Shown piece by piece: positions 51,790 through 61,049 of a stretch of 64,000 nt of DNA. The position numbers and the translations under genes are program-made. Numbering within the stretch: position 1 is the stretch's first letter; each line of letters begins with the position of its first letter. The notes below the pieces were generated by a model. It was given only the letters and a program-made list of their open reading frames with translations, was not told the origin of the DNA and searched no databases. This DNA is from Polyangiales bacterium. Lineage in GTDB: Bacteria; Myxococcota_A; Polyangia; Polyangiales; Polyangiaceae. The stretch is from positions 64,001-128,000 of the forward strand of contig JBBRLQ010000018.1 in the NCBI GenBank assembly GCA_038231275.1. Direction: 5' to 3'.

Positions 51790-53207
51790 TGGGCGCGGGA
51801 CGATCGGCGGTGATCGCGCTCGCCGTGAGCGCCGCGCTGGTCGCGACCGGCTGCCCGATGATCCGTCGCCACGAGACGCAGGCGAAGGCCGCAGAGCAAG
51901 CGCTCCCGAAGACCGCCGAGGGTCTCCTCTCCGCCGCGACCGTCTTCAGCAGCGTGCGGCACGAGTTCATCCTCGACCCGACGAGCAGCTTCGCGCCCGG
52001 GCGCGGCCTCCAGAAGCGTGAGAACGGCCTGTGGGAAGCCGTCCCCACCGAGTGCGCGCGGGGCAAGCGCGCGCGAGAGGGCCAGGCCGCACCTCCGCGC
52101 GTCGATCCCGCGACGATCGATTTCGGCTACGTCGGCGTCGCGATCGACTCGTCGCTCGTCGGCCTCGACGCCGATCTCACCAAGTTCTTCGGCGCAGGCT
52201 TCGAGGTGTCGTCCCGCACGCTGCGCCTCGTCGCGATCGCCTTTGCGCGCGATCTCGATCCGCAGTTCTTCGAGGCCTCCGACGACGTCGCCTACGCGGG
52301 CGAGGGCTGCGCCTGCGCGCGCGCGACGCATTTCGTCGGCGCGGTGAAGCTAGGCGCGATGCTCTCGTACGAGACCACCGCGGTCGCCTCCGAGGTGCAC
52401 GGCAACGCGTTCGACTACTTCAAGGCGAAGCTCGCGCTCAAGGACGAGACGGTGAAGGAGCGGCGCGTCGGCGTCCTCGAGATCGACGGCCTCGAGACGC
52501 TCGGCGCCGACGCCACGCACCCGCCCACCTTCCACGTGAAGGACGCCGTGCCGTTGGCGTATTCGGTCTATCCCATCTCCGACGTGTGTCGCTTCGCCCT
52601 ACCGGCGCCCGACGTCGCCCCTGCGCTCGTCGACTTCGGGGACGTCGCGTACGGCGGGGAGTCGACGCGCCTCGTCCACGTGCAGAACCGCGCCGCCATC
52701 GATCTTCTGGCGATCCACGAAGGTCGGAACTTCGCGGTCCCCGCGCGCGGGAGCGTCGACGTCCCCATCTCGTGGCGTCCGCGCGGCGACGCGCTCGGGT
52801 GCGAGGCGCAAACGCGAGAGGAGACGCTGCTCTTCGTGCCGCGCGACGACGGCGTCGTGGTGGTGCCGTCGCAGCAAGCGGTCCGCGTGGTGGAGCGCGT
52901 GCGCGCCGGAAGGGCGTCGCTCCGTCAGGTCGAGCGCATCGACACCGGTGACCACCGCAAGCCCGACTATACGAAGACGCAGCGCGACACGACCTGCCCC
53001 GCCGACTACGCGGCCCGCGCCTGCACGATCGACAACGCCCAGTGCGCCGACAAGAGCGGCGTCTGCAAGGGCGACGGGTATTCCGTGACGGCGGCCCTGA
53101 CGCCGGCCGGGTGCCATTTCGCCTGCCAAGGCCCCGACGCTTTGCTGCGCAGCCAGTTCTGCCGGTTCGACGCGGTCACCGAGTGCGCGCTTCGGTGTGC
53201 AAAATAG
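51786..53207 (+). CDS. Lipoprotein with possible MACPF/CDC-like domain, ASH/Ig-like domain and Cys-rich C-terminus
   Basis: Lipobox ATGC; ATHFVGAVKLGA and AVPLAYSVYPI motifs; VDFGDV...V.N Ig-like module. Confidence 0.6.
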   Translation: MMGAGRSAVIALAVSAALVATGCPMIRRHETQAKAAEQALPKTAEGLLSAATVFSSVRHEFILDPTSSFAPGRGLQKRENGLWEAVPTECARGKRAREGQAAPPRVDPATIDFGYVGVAIDSSLVGLDADLTKFFGAGFEVSSRTLRLVAIAFARDLDPQFFEASDDVAYAGEGCACARATHFVGAVKLGAMLSYETTAVASEVHGNAFDYFKAKLALKDETVKERRVGVLEIDGLETLGADATHPPTFHVKDAVPLAYSVYPISDVCRFALPAPDVAPALVDFGDVAYGGESTRLVHVQNRAAIDLLAIHEGRNFAVPARGSVDVPISWRPRGDALGCEAQTREETLLFVPRDDGVVVVPSQQAVRVVERVRAGRASLRQVERIDTGDHRKPDYTKTQRDTTCPADYAARACTIDNAQCADKSGVCKGDGYSVTAALTPAGCHFACQGPDALLRSQFCRFDAVTECALRCAK

Positions 53208-53228
53208 CGACCCGCGCGCGCTTTTGAC

Positions 53229-53255
53229 GCAACCCGCGGCGGCTCGTGCCGATGG
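53229..53255 (+). promoter_or_regulatory. Sigma-28 (FliA)-like promoter
   Basis: GCAA-N15-GCCGATGG versus the consensus TAAA-N15-GCCGATAA. Confidence 0.5.
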
Positions 53256-53314
53256 GGCAACGAGGAGACGGGCGCGTCCGCCTGGGCCCTCGCTGAACCA
53301 GAGGAGAAAACATC

Positions 53315-53827
53315 ATGGACATCAATGGAATCGGCAATCGCCCCGACGTCACCGCCGTCGCCTCCGCGCCGCGCCCCACCCCGACGCCCGTTCGCGTCCA
53401 CTTCGCGGAGGTCATGGCCAAGACCGTCGTGAGCGGCGCCGAGAGCGCGATCCGCGCGCTTCCCGGCGGGCCCATGATGGCGGTCGCGCTTCGTGGGGGA
53501 GGCGCGGCGTCGGCGTCGACGATGTCGATCACCCGCCCGTTCGGCGGCGCGCACGCCGCGCTCGCGACGCCCGAGGGCCCGGGTGGCTCGGCGTCGGGCC
53601 TCGGCGGAATCGGCGGCGCAGCGACGGGGGTCGGCGGCACCGGCACCGGAACGGGCGCCGAAGGCGGGAGCATCGAGGCGACGATGCAGCAGAGCCAGGA
53701 GATGAACCTCTACTACCTTCAGATCCAGGAGCAGGTGAACGCGCAGAACCGCTCGTTCTCGACGCTCTCCAACGTGCTCAAGGCCGAGCACGACACCGTC
53801 AAGACCGCCATCGGCAACGTTCGCTGA
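53315..53827 (+). CDS. Hypothetical protein with T3SS needle (SctF)-like C-terminal helix
   Basis: Strong RBS (AGAGGAG); no signal peptide; Gly-rich linker; ends SNVLKAEHDTVKTAIGNVR. Confidence 0.75.
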   Translation: MDINGIGNRPDVTAVASAPRPTPTPVRVHFAEVMAKTVVSGAESAIRALPGGPMMAVALRGGGAASASTMSITRPFGGAHAALATPEGPGGSASGLGGIGGAATGVGGTGTGTGAEGGSIEATMQQSQEMNLYYLQIQEQVNAQNRSFSTLSNVLKAEHDTVKTAIGNVR

Positions 53828-53894
53828 AACGATGGCGATCCCGCTCACCTGTGCTCGCGCTTGCTTCGTTCGACCTGTAGTCTAGGAGACGGCC

Positions 53895-54257
53895 ATGCCG
53901 ATCGATCCCATCGGAAAAGGCGGGGGGATCCCGCCGCAGACGCCTGGCCCCACCGGTCCGGACGCGGTGGCCCCGACCAAGGCGTTCGAGGTGAGCCCAG
54001 CGGGCGGGGCGCAGAAGGCCGAGGGCGCGCAGGCGGTCTCGGCCGGCCCGCTCGACGAGCTGCGCGCCGGAAAGATCGACGTGAATCGGTACGTCGATCT
54101 CAAGCTCGACGAGGCGACCGCGCACCTGAAGGGGCTGCACACGTCCGAGCTCGCGCACATCCGCGACGTCCTGCGCGACAAGATCGTCCACGATCCGCAG
54201 ATCGCGGATCTCGTGCGCCAGGCCGCGGGCGCGGTGCCGGCCCCGCACGACGAATGA
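53895..54257 (+). CDS. Small hypothetical protein (disordered N-terminus, helical C-domain)
   Basis: AGGAG RBS; MPIDPIG Pro/Gly-rich start; stop overlaps the next ATG. Confidence 0.75.
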   Translation: MPIDPIGKGGGIPPQTPGPTGPDAVAPTKAFEVSPAGGAQKAEGAQAVSAGPLDELRAGKIDVNRYVDLKLDEATAHLKGLHTSELAHIRDVLRDKIVHDPQIADLVRQAAGAVPAPHDE

Positions 54258-55210
54258 GCGCGCCCCTCCTCTCGCGCCGCGCGCTCCTCGTCGGCGTGGG
54301 CGCGGGCGTCGCGACAGGATGCTCGAAGAAAGAGCCCCCGCCTCCGATCGTCGCGTCGAGCCCTCCGCCACCGCCTCCGCTCGACGCAGGAATGCGCGGG
54401 TCGTCGCGGCTCGTCACGATGACGTTCGACGCCGACGCCGGCGGGCCACAGACGGCCGCGATCTTGGTGCCGACGTGGGGCCCCGAGGGGACGCGCTTCC
54501 CGGTGGTGGTTGCCTTGCACGGGCGCGGCGAGGCGCTGAAAGGCCCCGATCGCGGCGCGTTCGGCTGGCCGCGCGATTACGCCCTCTCGCGCGCGATGGA
54601 ACGCATCGCGTCACCGCCGGTCACCCCCGCCGATCTCGAGGGCTTCGTCGACGACGCTCGGCTCGCGCAGATGAACACCGATCTGGCGGCGCGCCCGTTC
54701 GGCGGCGTCATCGTCGCGTGCCCGTACGTTCCCGATCTGGATCTGCGAACCTTCAAGGACGTGCGCGCGTACGGAAAATGGATCGTGGAGGTCTTCCTCC
54801 CGCGCGTCCGCCGCGAGACGCCCGCGATCGCGTCGTTCGAGGCGACTGGCATCGACGGAGTGTCGCTCGGCGGCGCGACGGCGCTGCGGGTCGGCTTCGC
54901 GAATCCGGAGGCGTTCGGCGCGGTCGGCGCGCTGCAACCCGCAGTCTTCGACGACCAGGCGCAGGAGTGGACCGAGCTCGCGCGCTACGCGAGGAAGAAA
55001 CGCCCAAGCATGGCGCTCCGCCTCGTCACGAGCCACGACGACTACTACAACGGCCCCATCACGCACCTTTCCCAGGCGTGGCGCGCAGGCGGCGTCGAGC
55101 ACGAGTTCGCGGATCTGCCCGGACCTCACGACTACGCGTTCAACCGCGGCCCCGGCAGCTACGAGCTCCTCTCGTGGCACGATCGCGTCCTCCGCCGCGC
55201 GTCGCGTTGA
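54254..55210 (+). CDS. Alpha/beta-hydrolase esterase, Tat-type lipoprotein
   Basis: SRRALL twin-arginine signal with ATGC; LHGRG, GVSLGG nucleophile elbow and GPHD His. Confidence 0.85.
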   Translation: MSAPLLSRRALLVGVGAGVATGCSKKEPPPPIVASSPPPPPPLDAGMRGSSRLVTMTFDADAGGPQTAAILVPTWGPEGTRFPVVVALHGRGEALKGPDRGAFGWPRDYALSRAMERIASPPVTPADLEGFVDDARLAQMNTDLAARPFGGVIVACPYVPDLDLRTFKDVRAYGKWIVEVFLPRVRRETPAIASFEATGIDGVSLGGATALRVGFANPEAFGAVGALQPAVFDDQAQEWTELARYARKKRPSMALRLVTSHDDYYNGPITHLSQAWRAGGVEHEFADLPGPHDYAFNRGPGSYELLSWHDRVLRRASR

Positions 55211-55225
55211 CTTGGGAAGGAGCCT

Positions 55226-55801
55226 TCAGGCGTCTTCTTCCCGTAAACGAATCGGGCTGAACGCGCTCGGATCGTAAGCGGTCGGGTTCTTTTCCTTGTA
55301 GAATGCACGAATACGGTCCATGTCGGCGCGCACGTCGCCGGTCAGCGTGATCGCCGCGCCGAGCCCCGCGCGCTTGCGGCCGAAGTCGAGGTAGCCAGGG
55401 ACCACGGGGACGTCGGCGCCCCGCGCGATGTGGTAAAAACCGGACTTCCACGCCTCCGCGCGCGAGCGCGTGCCCTCCGGCGGGATGGCGAGCACGAATG
55501 CGTCGCGCGCGCGGAACTGTTCGATCATCTGCTCGACGACGTTCCGCGAGCGGCTCCGGTCGATCGCGACCGCGCCGAGGCGTCGCATCGGAGGACCCAT
55601 CGGTCCTTTGACCCACGCATCCTTCACCATCCAGTCGATCTGGAGGCCGATGCTGCGCGTGAGCCCGATGAGGAGGAGCCCGTCCCAGTTGCTCGTGTGC
55701 GGCACCGCGAGCAGCACGTACTTCTTCTCGGGAGGGACCGGCCCTTCGTATTTCCACCCGACGAGCTGGAGAGACAGACGCGCGGCGTGGCTCGGCTTCA
55801 C
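55226..55801 (-). CDS. PlsC-like lysophospholipid acyltransferase
   Basis: PHTSNWD (HxxxxD), IDR, PEGTRS and WKSGFY. Confidence 0.92.
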   Translation of the reverse strand: MKPSHAARLSLQLVGWKYEGPVPPEKKYVLLAVPHTSNWDGLLLIGLTRSIGLQIDWMVKDAWVKGPMGPPMRRLGAVAIDRSRSRNVVEQMIEQFRARDAFVLAIPPEGTRSRAEAWKSGFYHIARGADVPVVPGYLDFGRKRAGLGAAITLTGDVRADMDRIRAFYKEKNPTAYDPSAFSPIRLREEDA

Positions 55802-55898
55802 GACCCAAAGTCTTACGAGTTGCGGGTGCTGGAGGCCACCCCCTTGCAGCGGAAAGGGTATGATGCCGCCGATCCATGGTGTCGGCATTGGTGACCGC

Positions 55899-58559
55899 GT
55901 GACCTTGCTCTCGCTCGAGTCGCTCGCCAAAAAGCGCGCGGACCCTCGCGTGGTCGGCGGGAAGGCCGCGGGGCTCGCGTGGCTCCTCAAGAACGATTTC
56001 GCGGTGCCCGAGGGGTGGGTGATCCCGCAGGAGTCGTTCGAGGCGGCGATCCGCGAGCTGTCGCCGGGATGCGAGCCGCGATCGCTCCTCCGCGCCGCGT
56101 CGGGTCGCGCCGGATACGCGAGGGCAGCAGAGGCACGTCAGGAGATCCTCGGCGCCGCGCTGCCCAAAGGGCTCGAGGCCGAGCTCGCCGATCTCTGGCG
56201 CCGCATCGAGCGCACGTGCCCGTGGGGCCTCGCCGTGCGCTCGAGCGCCACGTGCGAGGACGGCGCGCTCGTGTCGATGGCCGGCCTCGCGGAGACGCGC
56301 CTCGGGGTGCGCGGCGTGCCTGCGCTGATGGACGCGGTGCGGGCGGTGTGGGCGTCGATCGCGTCGGGTCGTGCGCTCGCGTACCTCGCCGCGCACGGCG
56401 TGAAGGACGTCGGGATGGCGGTGGTCCTCCAGCGGACCGTCGAGGCGCGCGCCGCCGGCGTGATGTTCACGCGCGCGCCCGACCGCAGGAGCGGCAGCGG
56501 CGACGAGCGCATCGTCAACGCCGGCTTCGGCCTCGGCGCACCGGTGGTCGATGGCGTCGCGACCCCCGACATGCTCCGCATCGACGCGCGCGGCCGTACG
56601 ATGGAAGCGACGATCGCCCACAAAACAAGGGCTACCGTGGTCACCGCGAGCGGCCTCAAAGACATCGCCGTCGCCGATCCCGACGCGCCGGCGCTCGGCG
56701 AGGCGCGCCTCGTCGAGCTCGCCGAGATCGCGCTGCGCCTCGAGAGGCTGGAGCGCGTCCCGTGGGATGTCGAGTTCGCGTGCGACGACAACCGCACATG
56801 GCTCGTCCAGGCGCGCCCGATCACCGGCCGCGGCTTCCCCGAGGGCGGCGACGAGACGACGGTGTGGAGCAGCGCGAACATCGGCGAGGCGCTCCCCGGC
56901 GTCGCGACGCCGCTCACCTGGTCGATCGCGGGAGCGTTCAGCGACGGGGGCTTTCGCAGCGCGTTCGCGGCGCTTGGCTGCACGGTGCCCAAGAACGCGC
57001 ACCTCGTCGGCAACGTCTACGGCCGCTTCTACCTCAACCTCTCGCAGTTCATGCGCATCGCCGCGCAAGTGCCGTGGCTCGACGCGCGCACGCTGGTCGA
57101 GCTCGGCGGAGGCGCGGGCGGCGACGAGCTCGCGCTTCAGGTCGCCGACGTGTCGCACCGCAGCTTCTACGCGCGCCTGCCGCTCACCGCGACGCGGCTC
57201 ATGAAGGAGCAGCTCCGCCTCGACGACGAGGTCTCCAAGTTCGAAGCGTTCGCGGAGAAGGCGCAGCGCATTCAGAGCGCGCTCGATCTCGCGATCCTGC
57301 CGGACGACGGCCTCGCGCGCACGCTGCGCGATTTGCAGGGGCTCCTCGAGCGGACCGGAAACGTGATGCTCACGTGCGCGTCGAGCGCCCTCGGCACGCA
57401 CCTCGCGCTCAAGATGCTCCTCTCGCGGGTCGCGCCGATCGGCGCCGAGCGGCTCGCGCAAGGCCTGAGCAGCGGCATCCGCGATCTCGAGAGCGCGCGT
57501 CCGGCGATCGGAATCCTGCGCATCGTGGCGCTCGCACGCCGCGAGCCGGAGGCACGCGCGGTGCTGGAAAAAGAAGGCATCGGCCTCGACGCGATCCCCG
57601 ACGGCCCCACCCGCCGCGCGCTCCAGAGCTACTTCGAGCTGTACGGCGATCGCGCCGTGCGTGAAGCCGAGCTGTCGACGCCGCGCTGGCGAGAAGATCC
57701 GCGCCCGGTCCTCACGATGGTCCGCGTCTCGCTCCGCGGCGAAGCGCGCGATCTCGAGGCGCAGATCGCGCGCGCAAAGGCGCACGCCGACGCGGAGATG
57801 GCGAAGCTCCTGCCGCGCCTCTCGCTCATCGAGCAGACGGCGGTGCGGCACCTCGTCGCGCGCGCGCAGAGATCGGCGCGGCTCCGCGAGCGAATGCGCG
57901 CGTGGGTGACGCGCGTGCTTGGGATGCTCCGCGAGGCCGCGCTCGACGCGGAGCGGCGCTTGCTTCGCCTGGCGCCGGAGCTCGTGCAAGACCAGCTCTC
58001 GCTCGCCAAAGCCGGCTCCACCGTGGCGCAGATCCCCAGCGTGTTCTTTTTCACCGTCGACGAGCTGGTGCACGCGCTCAAGAGCTCGCGCACCGATCTG
58101 GCGCCGCTCGTGCGCGCGCGACGCGCCGAGTTCGCGCGGGATCAGGCGCGCCCCGATCCGCCGCCGACCTTCACGGGGGCGCCGCCGCCGGTCGTCCTTC
58201 CGCCGTCGAGCGGGGACACGCTGCGCGGCTTGCCTGCGTCGGGCGGCGTCGTCGAGGGGCGCGCGCGCGTGCTGCTCGGGCCCGATCACATGGGCGAGCT
58301 CGTACCGGGGGAGGTCCTCGTCGTCCACACGACCGACGTCGGGTGGACGCCGCTCTTTCCGCTCGCCGCCGGCATCGTGACCGAGCTCGGCGGACCGCTG
58401 TCGCACGCCGCCGTCGTCGCGCGGGAGTTCGGGGTGCCGAGCGTCGTGAACGTGCCGGGCGTGACGCGCGCGCTGAAGACCGGCGATCTCGTGCGCGTCG
58501 ACGGCGATCGCGGCGTCGTCGAGCGGCTCGAGCGGCTCGAGCGACCGGCGAAGACGTGA
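55899..58559 (+). CDS. PEP-utilising phosphotransferase with rifampin-phosphotransferase-like domain order
   Basis: ATP-grasp motifs VGGKA, AVRSSA..ED, DVEFA and QARPIT; large central domain; C-terminal GGPLSHAAVVARE swivel His. An alternative start lies at 55860. Confidence 0.9.
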   Translation: MTLLSLESLAKKRADPRVVGGKAAGLAWLLKNDFAVPEGWVIPQESFEAAIRELSPGCEPRSLLRAASGRAGYARAAEARQEILGAALPKGLEAELADLWRRIERTCPWGLAVRSSATCEDGALVSMAGLAETRLGVRGVPALMDAVRAVWASIASGRALAYLAAHGVKDVGMAVVLQRTVEARAAGVMFTRAPDRRSGSGDERIVNAGFGLGAPVVDGVATPDMLRIDARGRTMEATIAHKTRATVVTASGLKDIAVADPDAPALGEARLVELAEIALRLERLERVPWDVEFACDDNRTWLVQARPITGRGFPEGGDETTVWSSANIGEALPGVATPLTWSIAGAFSDGGFRSAFAALGCTVPKNAHLVGNVYGRFYLNLSQFMRIAAQVPWLDARTLVELGGGAGGDELALQVADVSHRSFYARLPLTATRLMKEQLRLDDEVSKFEAFAEKAQRIQSALDLAILPDDGLARTLRDLQGLLERTGNVMLTCASSALGTHLALKMLLSRVAPIGAERLAQGLSSGIRDLESARPAIGILRIVALARREPEARAVLEKEGIGLDAIPDGPTRRALQSYFELYGDRAVREAELSTPRWREDPRPVLTMVRVSLRGEARDLEAQIARAKAHADAEMAKLLPRLSLIEQTAVRHLVARAQRSARLRERMRAWVTRVLGMLREAALDAERRLLRLAPELVQDQLSLAKAGSTVAQIPSVFFFTVDELVHALKSSRTDLAPLVRARRAEFARDQARPDPPPTFTGAPPPVVLPPSSGDTLRGLPASGGVVEGRARVLLGPDHMGELVPGEVLVVHTTDVGWTPLFPLAAGIVTELGGPLSHAAVVAREFGVPSVVNVPGVTRALKTGDLVRVDGDRGVVERLERLERPAKT

Positions 58560-58560
58560 C

Positions 58561-59445
58561 GTGAAGCGCTGGCGCGTTGCGACGTCGGGCGAGGGGACGC
58601 TGCTGGCCCTCGTACGCGATCCGGTCGCGATCGCCGAAGGGCGTGTTTTCGTCGATCGAAAACGCGTGCAGGATGCAAATTTAATCGTCCGCGCGGACAG
58701 CGAGGTGACGCTCTCGCCTCCGGCGCGAACGCAGGTCGAAGACGTTCCCGTGCTCGCGCGCGAGGGGGAGCTGCTCGCGCTCGCGAAGCCTGCGGGCATT
58801 CCCACGATCCCCGACCACGGCGGCGCCTCGCACTCCCTCCTCGCGCACGCCGCGCGCATCGCAGGGCTTCCGGAGGCGCGCGTGCACCCGACGTCGCGCC
58901 TCGATCGCGAGGTGAGCGGCGTCGTCGTCTTCGCGCTGTCCGCCGACGCCGCCGCGCGGATGAAAAAGGCACGCGACGAAGGCGCCTACGAGCGTCGCTA
59001 CGTCGCGCTCGCGTCGCGAGCCCCGACGCCGGAGCGTGGATCGTGGGACGCGGGCATCGGTCGCGCGAAGGATCCGCGCAAGCGCCAGGTCGACGGCCGC
59101 GACGCGACGGACGCGCGAACGCGCTACGCCGTGGTGGCGACGGCGCCCGGCGGACAAGCGCTCCTCGCCGTCGCCCCGGACACCGGACGCACGCACCAGA
59201 TCCGCGTCCACGCGAGCCACGCCGGCGCGCCGCTCCTCGGCGATCGTACCTATGGAGGCCCACCGCGATTGACCCTCCCCGGTGGCCGCGTCCTCTCGCT
59301 CGATCGCATCGCGCTGCACTGTGCGCGCGTCGTCGCGTGCGGCCTCGATGTCACGGCGCCCGTTCCGTCGGAGCTCGAGGCGACGTGGGCGTCCCTCGGC
59401 GGTGATCCCGACGCATGGGCGCGTGCGATGACGACGCCTGTGTGA
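58561..59445 (+). CDS. RluA/RluD-family pseudouridine synthase
   Basis: KPAG, SRLDREVSG, TGRTHQIRVH, LGD..YG and ALHC. Confidence 0.92.
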   Translation: MKRWRVATSGEGTLLALVRDPVAIAEGRVFVDRKRVQDANLIVRADSEVTLSPPARTQVEDVPVLAREGELLALAKPAGIPTIPDHGGASHSLLAHAARIAGLPEARVHPTSRLDREVSGVVVFALSADAAARMKKARDEGAYERRYVALASRAPTPERGSWDAGIGRAKDPRKRQVDGRDATDARTRYAVVATAPGGQALLAVAPDTGRTHQIRVHASHAGAPLLGDRTYGGPPRLTLPGGRVLSLDRIALHCARVVACGLDVTAPVPSELEATWASLGGDPDAWARAMTTPV

Positions 59446-59466
59446 CGCTCGCGATGCGCGTGCCCC

Positions 59467-60129
59467 TCAGCCTCGCGTGACGCGGCCGTCTCCCGTGATC
59501 GGCATGGGCGCGCCAAGGTGTCGCGGAACGCGGTGGGTCGCGACGTCGAGGAAGGCGCGCGTTCGCGACGCGATCTCGCGCGTCTCGGAGTAGAGCGCGC
59601 CAGGGTACCGCCTCCGGTCCGCGGGGACGCCGTCGGCGGTCAGGCCGAGCGCGCGTGCGATGTAGAGCGCGCGCGGCAAGTGGAAGCGCTGTGTTGCGAC
59701 GAGCACCCGGCGCACGTGGAAGACGTCACGCGCGCGCGCCATCGAGCTGTAGGTGTCGAGGCCCGCGTGGTCGAGGAAGATGTCCTCGCGAGGCACGCCG
59801 CGCGCTTCCAGCCAGGCGCGCATCGCGTTCACCTCGTCGTAGCCGTCGGTGCGGTGGTCGCCGGACACGAGGATGCGCGGCACGCGACCCTCCTGGTACA
59901 GATCGAGCGCGGTCTGGAGGCGATCCTCGAGGACCGCCGAGACCGCCCCGTCGGCGTAGACGCGCGCGCCGAGGACCAGCGCGCAATCTGCGGTCTGCCC
60001 CTCGAGCAGCTCCGCGGCGAACGGCGTTCCGCCACGAAGGACCGTGACGTTGCAGATCGCGACCACGGCCGCGATGGTCACGGCCGCTACGGTGGTGCGG
60101 CGACGCAGTTTCTTCGAGAAAATGGCCAC
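59467..60129 (-). CDS. SanA/YdcF (DUF218) family protein
   Basis: LVLGA, DRL, VSGD, E...M, DHAGLDTYSS, TQRFHLPRA and RE. Confidence 0.9.
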   Translation of the reverse strand: MAIFSKKLRRRTTVAAVTIAAVVAICNVTVLRGGTPFAAELLEGQTADCALVLGARVYADGAVSAVLEDRLQTALDLYQEGRVPRILVSGDHRTDGYDEVNAMRAWLEARGVPREDIFLDHAGLDTYSSMARARDVFHVRRVLVATQRFHLPRALYIARALGLTADGVPADRRRYPGALYSETREIASRTRAFLDVATHRVPRHLGAPMPITGDGRVTRG

Positions 60130-60218
60130 GAAACCACTACGCCGACGCAATACGGCGCATTCCACCGTCGCACGAGACCGCAGGAATAAATCCGCGTCGC
60201 CGCCCGTCGAACCTTCCC

Positions 60219-61025
60219 ATGCCGTACCGAAGCGACCTCGACGCCTTGAGGACGCGCGAGGAAGCGCTCAGCCGCGAGCTCGCCGAGCTCGCCGAAGCCG
60301 CGACGAAGAAAGCGCGCCTCGAGCGCGAGCTCGACGAGGTCCGCGCCAATCTCCGGGCGAAGCGCCGCGAGCCGCTGCAGGTGCTTCGTGCGCCGCCGAT
60401 CCCGCTCCCTTGCGACGTCCCGTGGGACTCCATGGTGGGCGACGCCCGGGTCCGTCACTGCGGTCAATGTGAGAAGAAGGTCTACAACCTCTCAGCGATG
60501 ACCCGGCGTGAGGCGGCGGAGCTCCTCCACGACGACGACGCGCAGTGCGTCCGTTACTACGAGCGCCCCGACGGCACCGTCCTGACGTCCGATTGCCCCA
60601 TCGGCGCGCGAACGCGTCGGCGCCGTCGGACGGCCTCGGCGGCGCTGACCCTCGCGGGCGCCGTCGGCCTCGCGGCTTCGGCCAGCGCGATGACGCCGTA
60701 CATGGACGCCGCACGACCGGTCATCGTCGTGTCGGTCGATCAGGCCGTCGCCGATGCGCGCATCGGTCGTGTCATGCGCGTCGAGGGGACCCTCGTACAC
60801 GGCTCGATCGAAGAGCACTTTCGCGAGATCCGCTTCGAGCTCGTGAGCCGAGGCGTGAACTTGCCCGTGCGCTTCGTCGGTCCCATCCTGCCCGACACGT
60901 TTCGCGACGTCCCCGGCGTATCCATCAACGTGATGGTCGAAGGCGAGCTCCGCGCGGACGGCACCTTCGTCGCCACGAACGTGCTCGCCAAGGTCCCGTC
61001 GGGCGCGCGCTACATGGAGCGCTGA
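60219..61025 (+). CDS. Fusion of Cys-rich domain, TM helix and degenerate CcmE-like domain
   Basis: C..W..M.GD.RVRHC..C.K.VYNL; TM helix; MRVEG.LV.GSI, PDTFRD, VEG and F.A..VLAK CcmE pattern. Confidence 0.75.
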   Translation: MPYRSDLDALRTREEALSRELAELAEAATKKARLERELDEVRANLRAKRREPLQVLRAPPIPLPCDVPWDSMVGDARVRHCGQCEKKVYNLSAMTRREAAELLHDDDAQCVRYYERPDGTVLTSDCPIGARTRRRRRTASAALTLAGAVGLAASASAMTPYMDAARPVIVVSVDQAVADARIGRVMRVEGTLVHGSIEEHFREIRFELVSRGVNLPVRFVGPILPDTFRDVPGVSINVMVEGELRADGTFVATNVLAKVPSGARYMER

Positions 61026-61049
61026 AGGCTCCGAGCGCGCCCACGCGGG

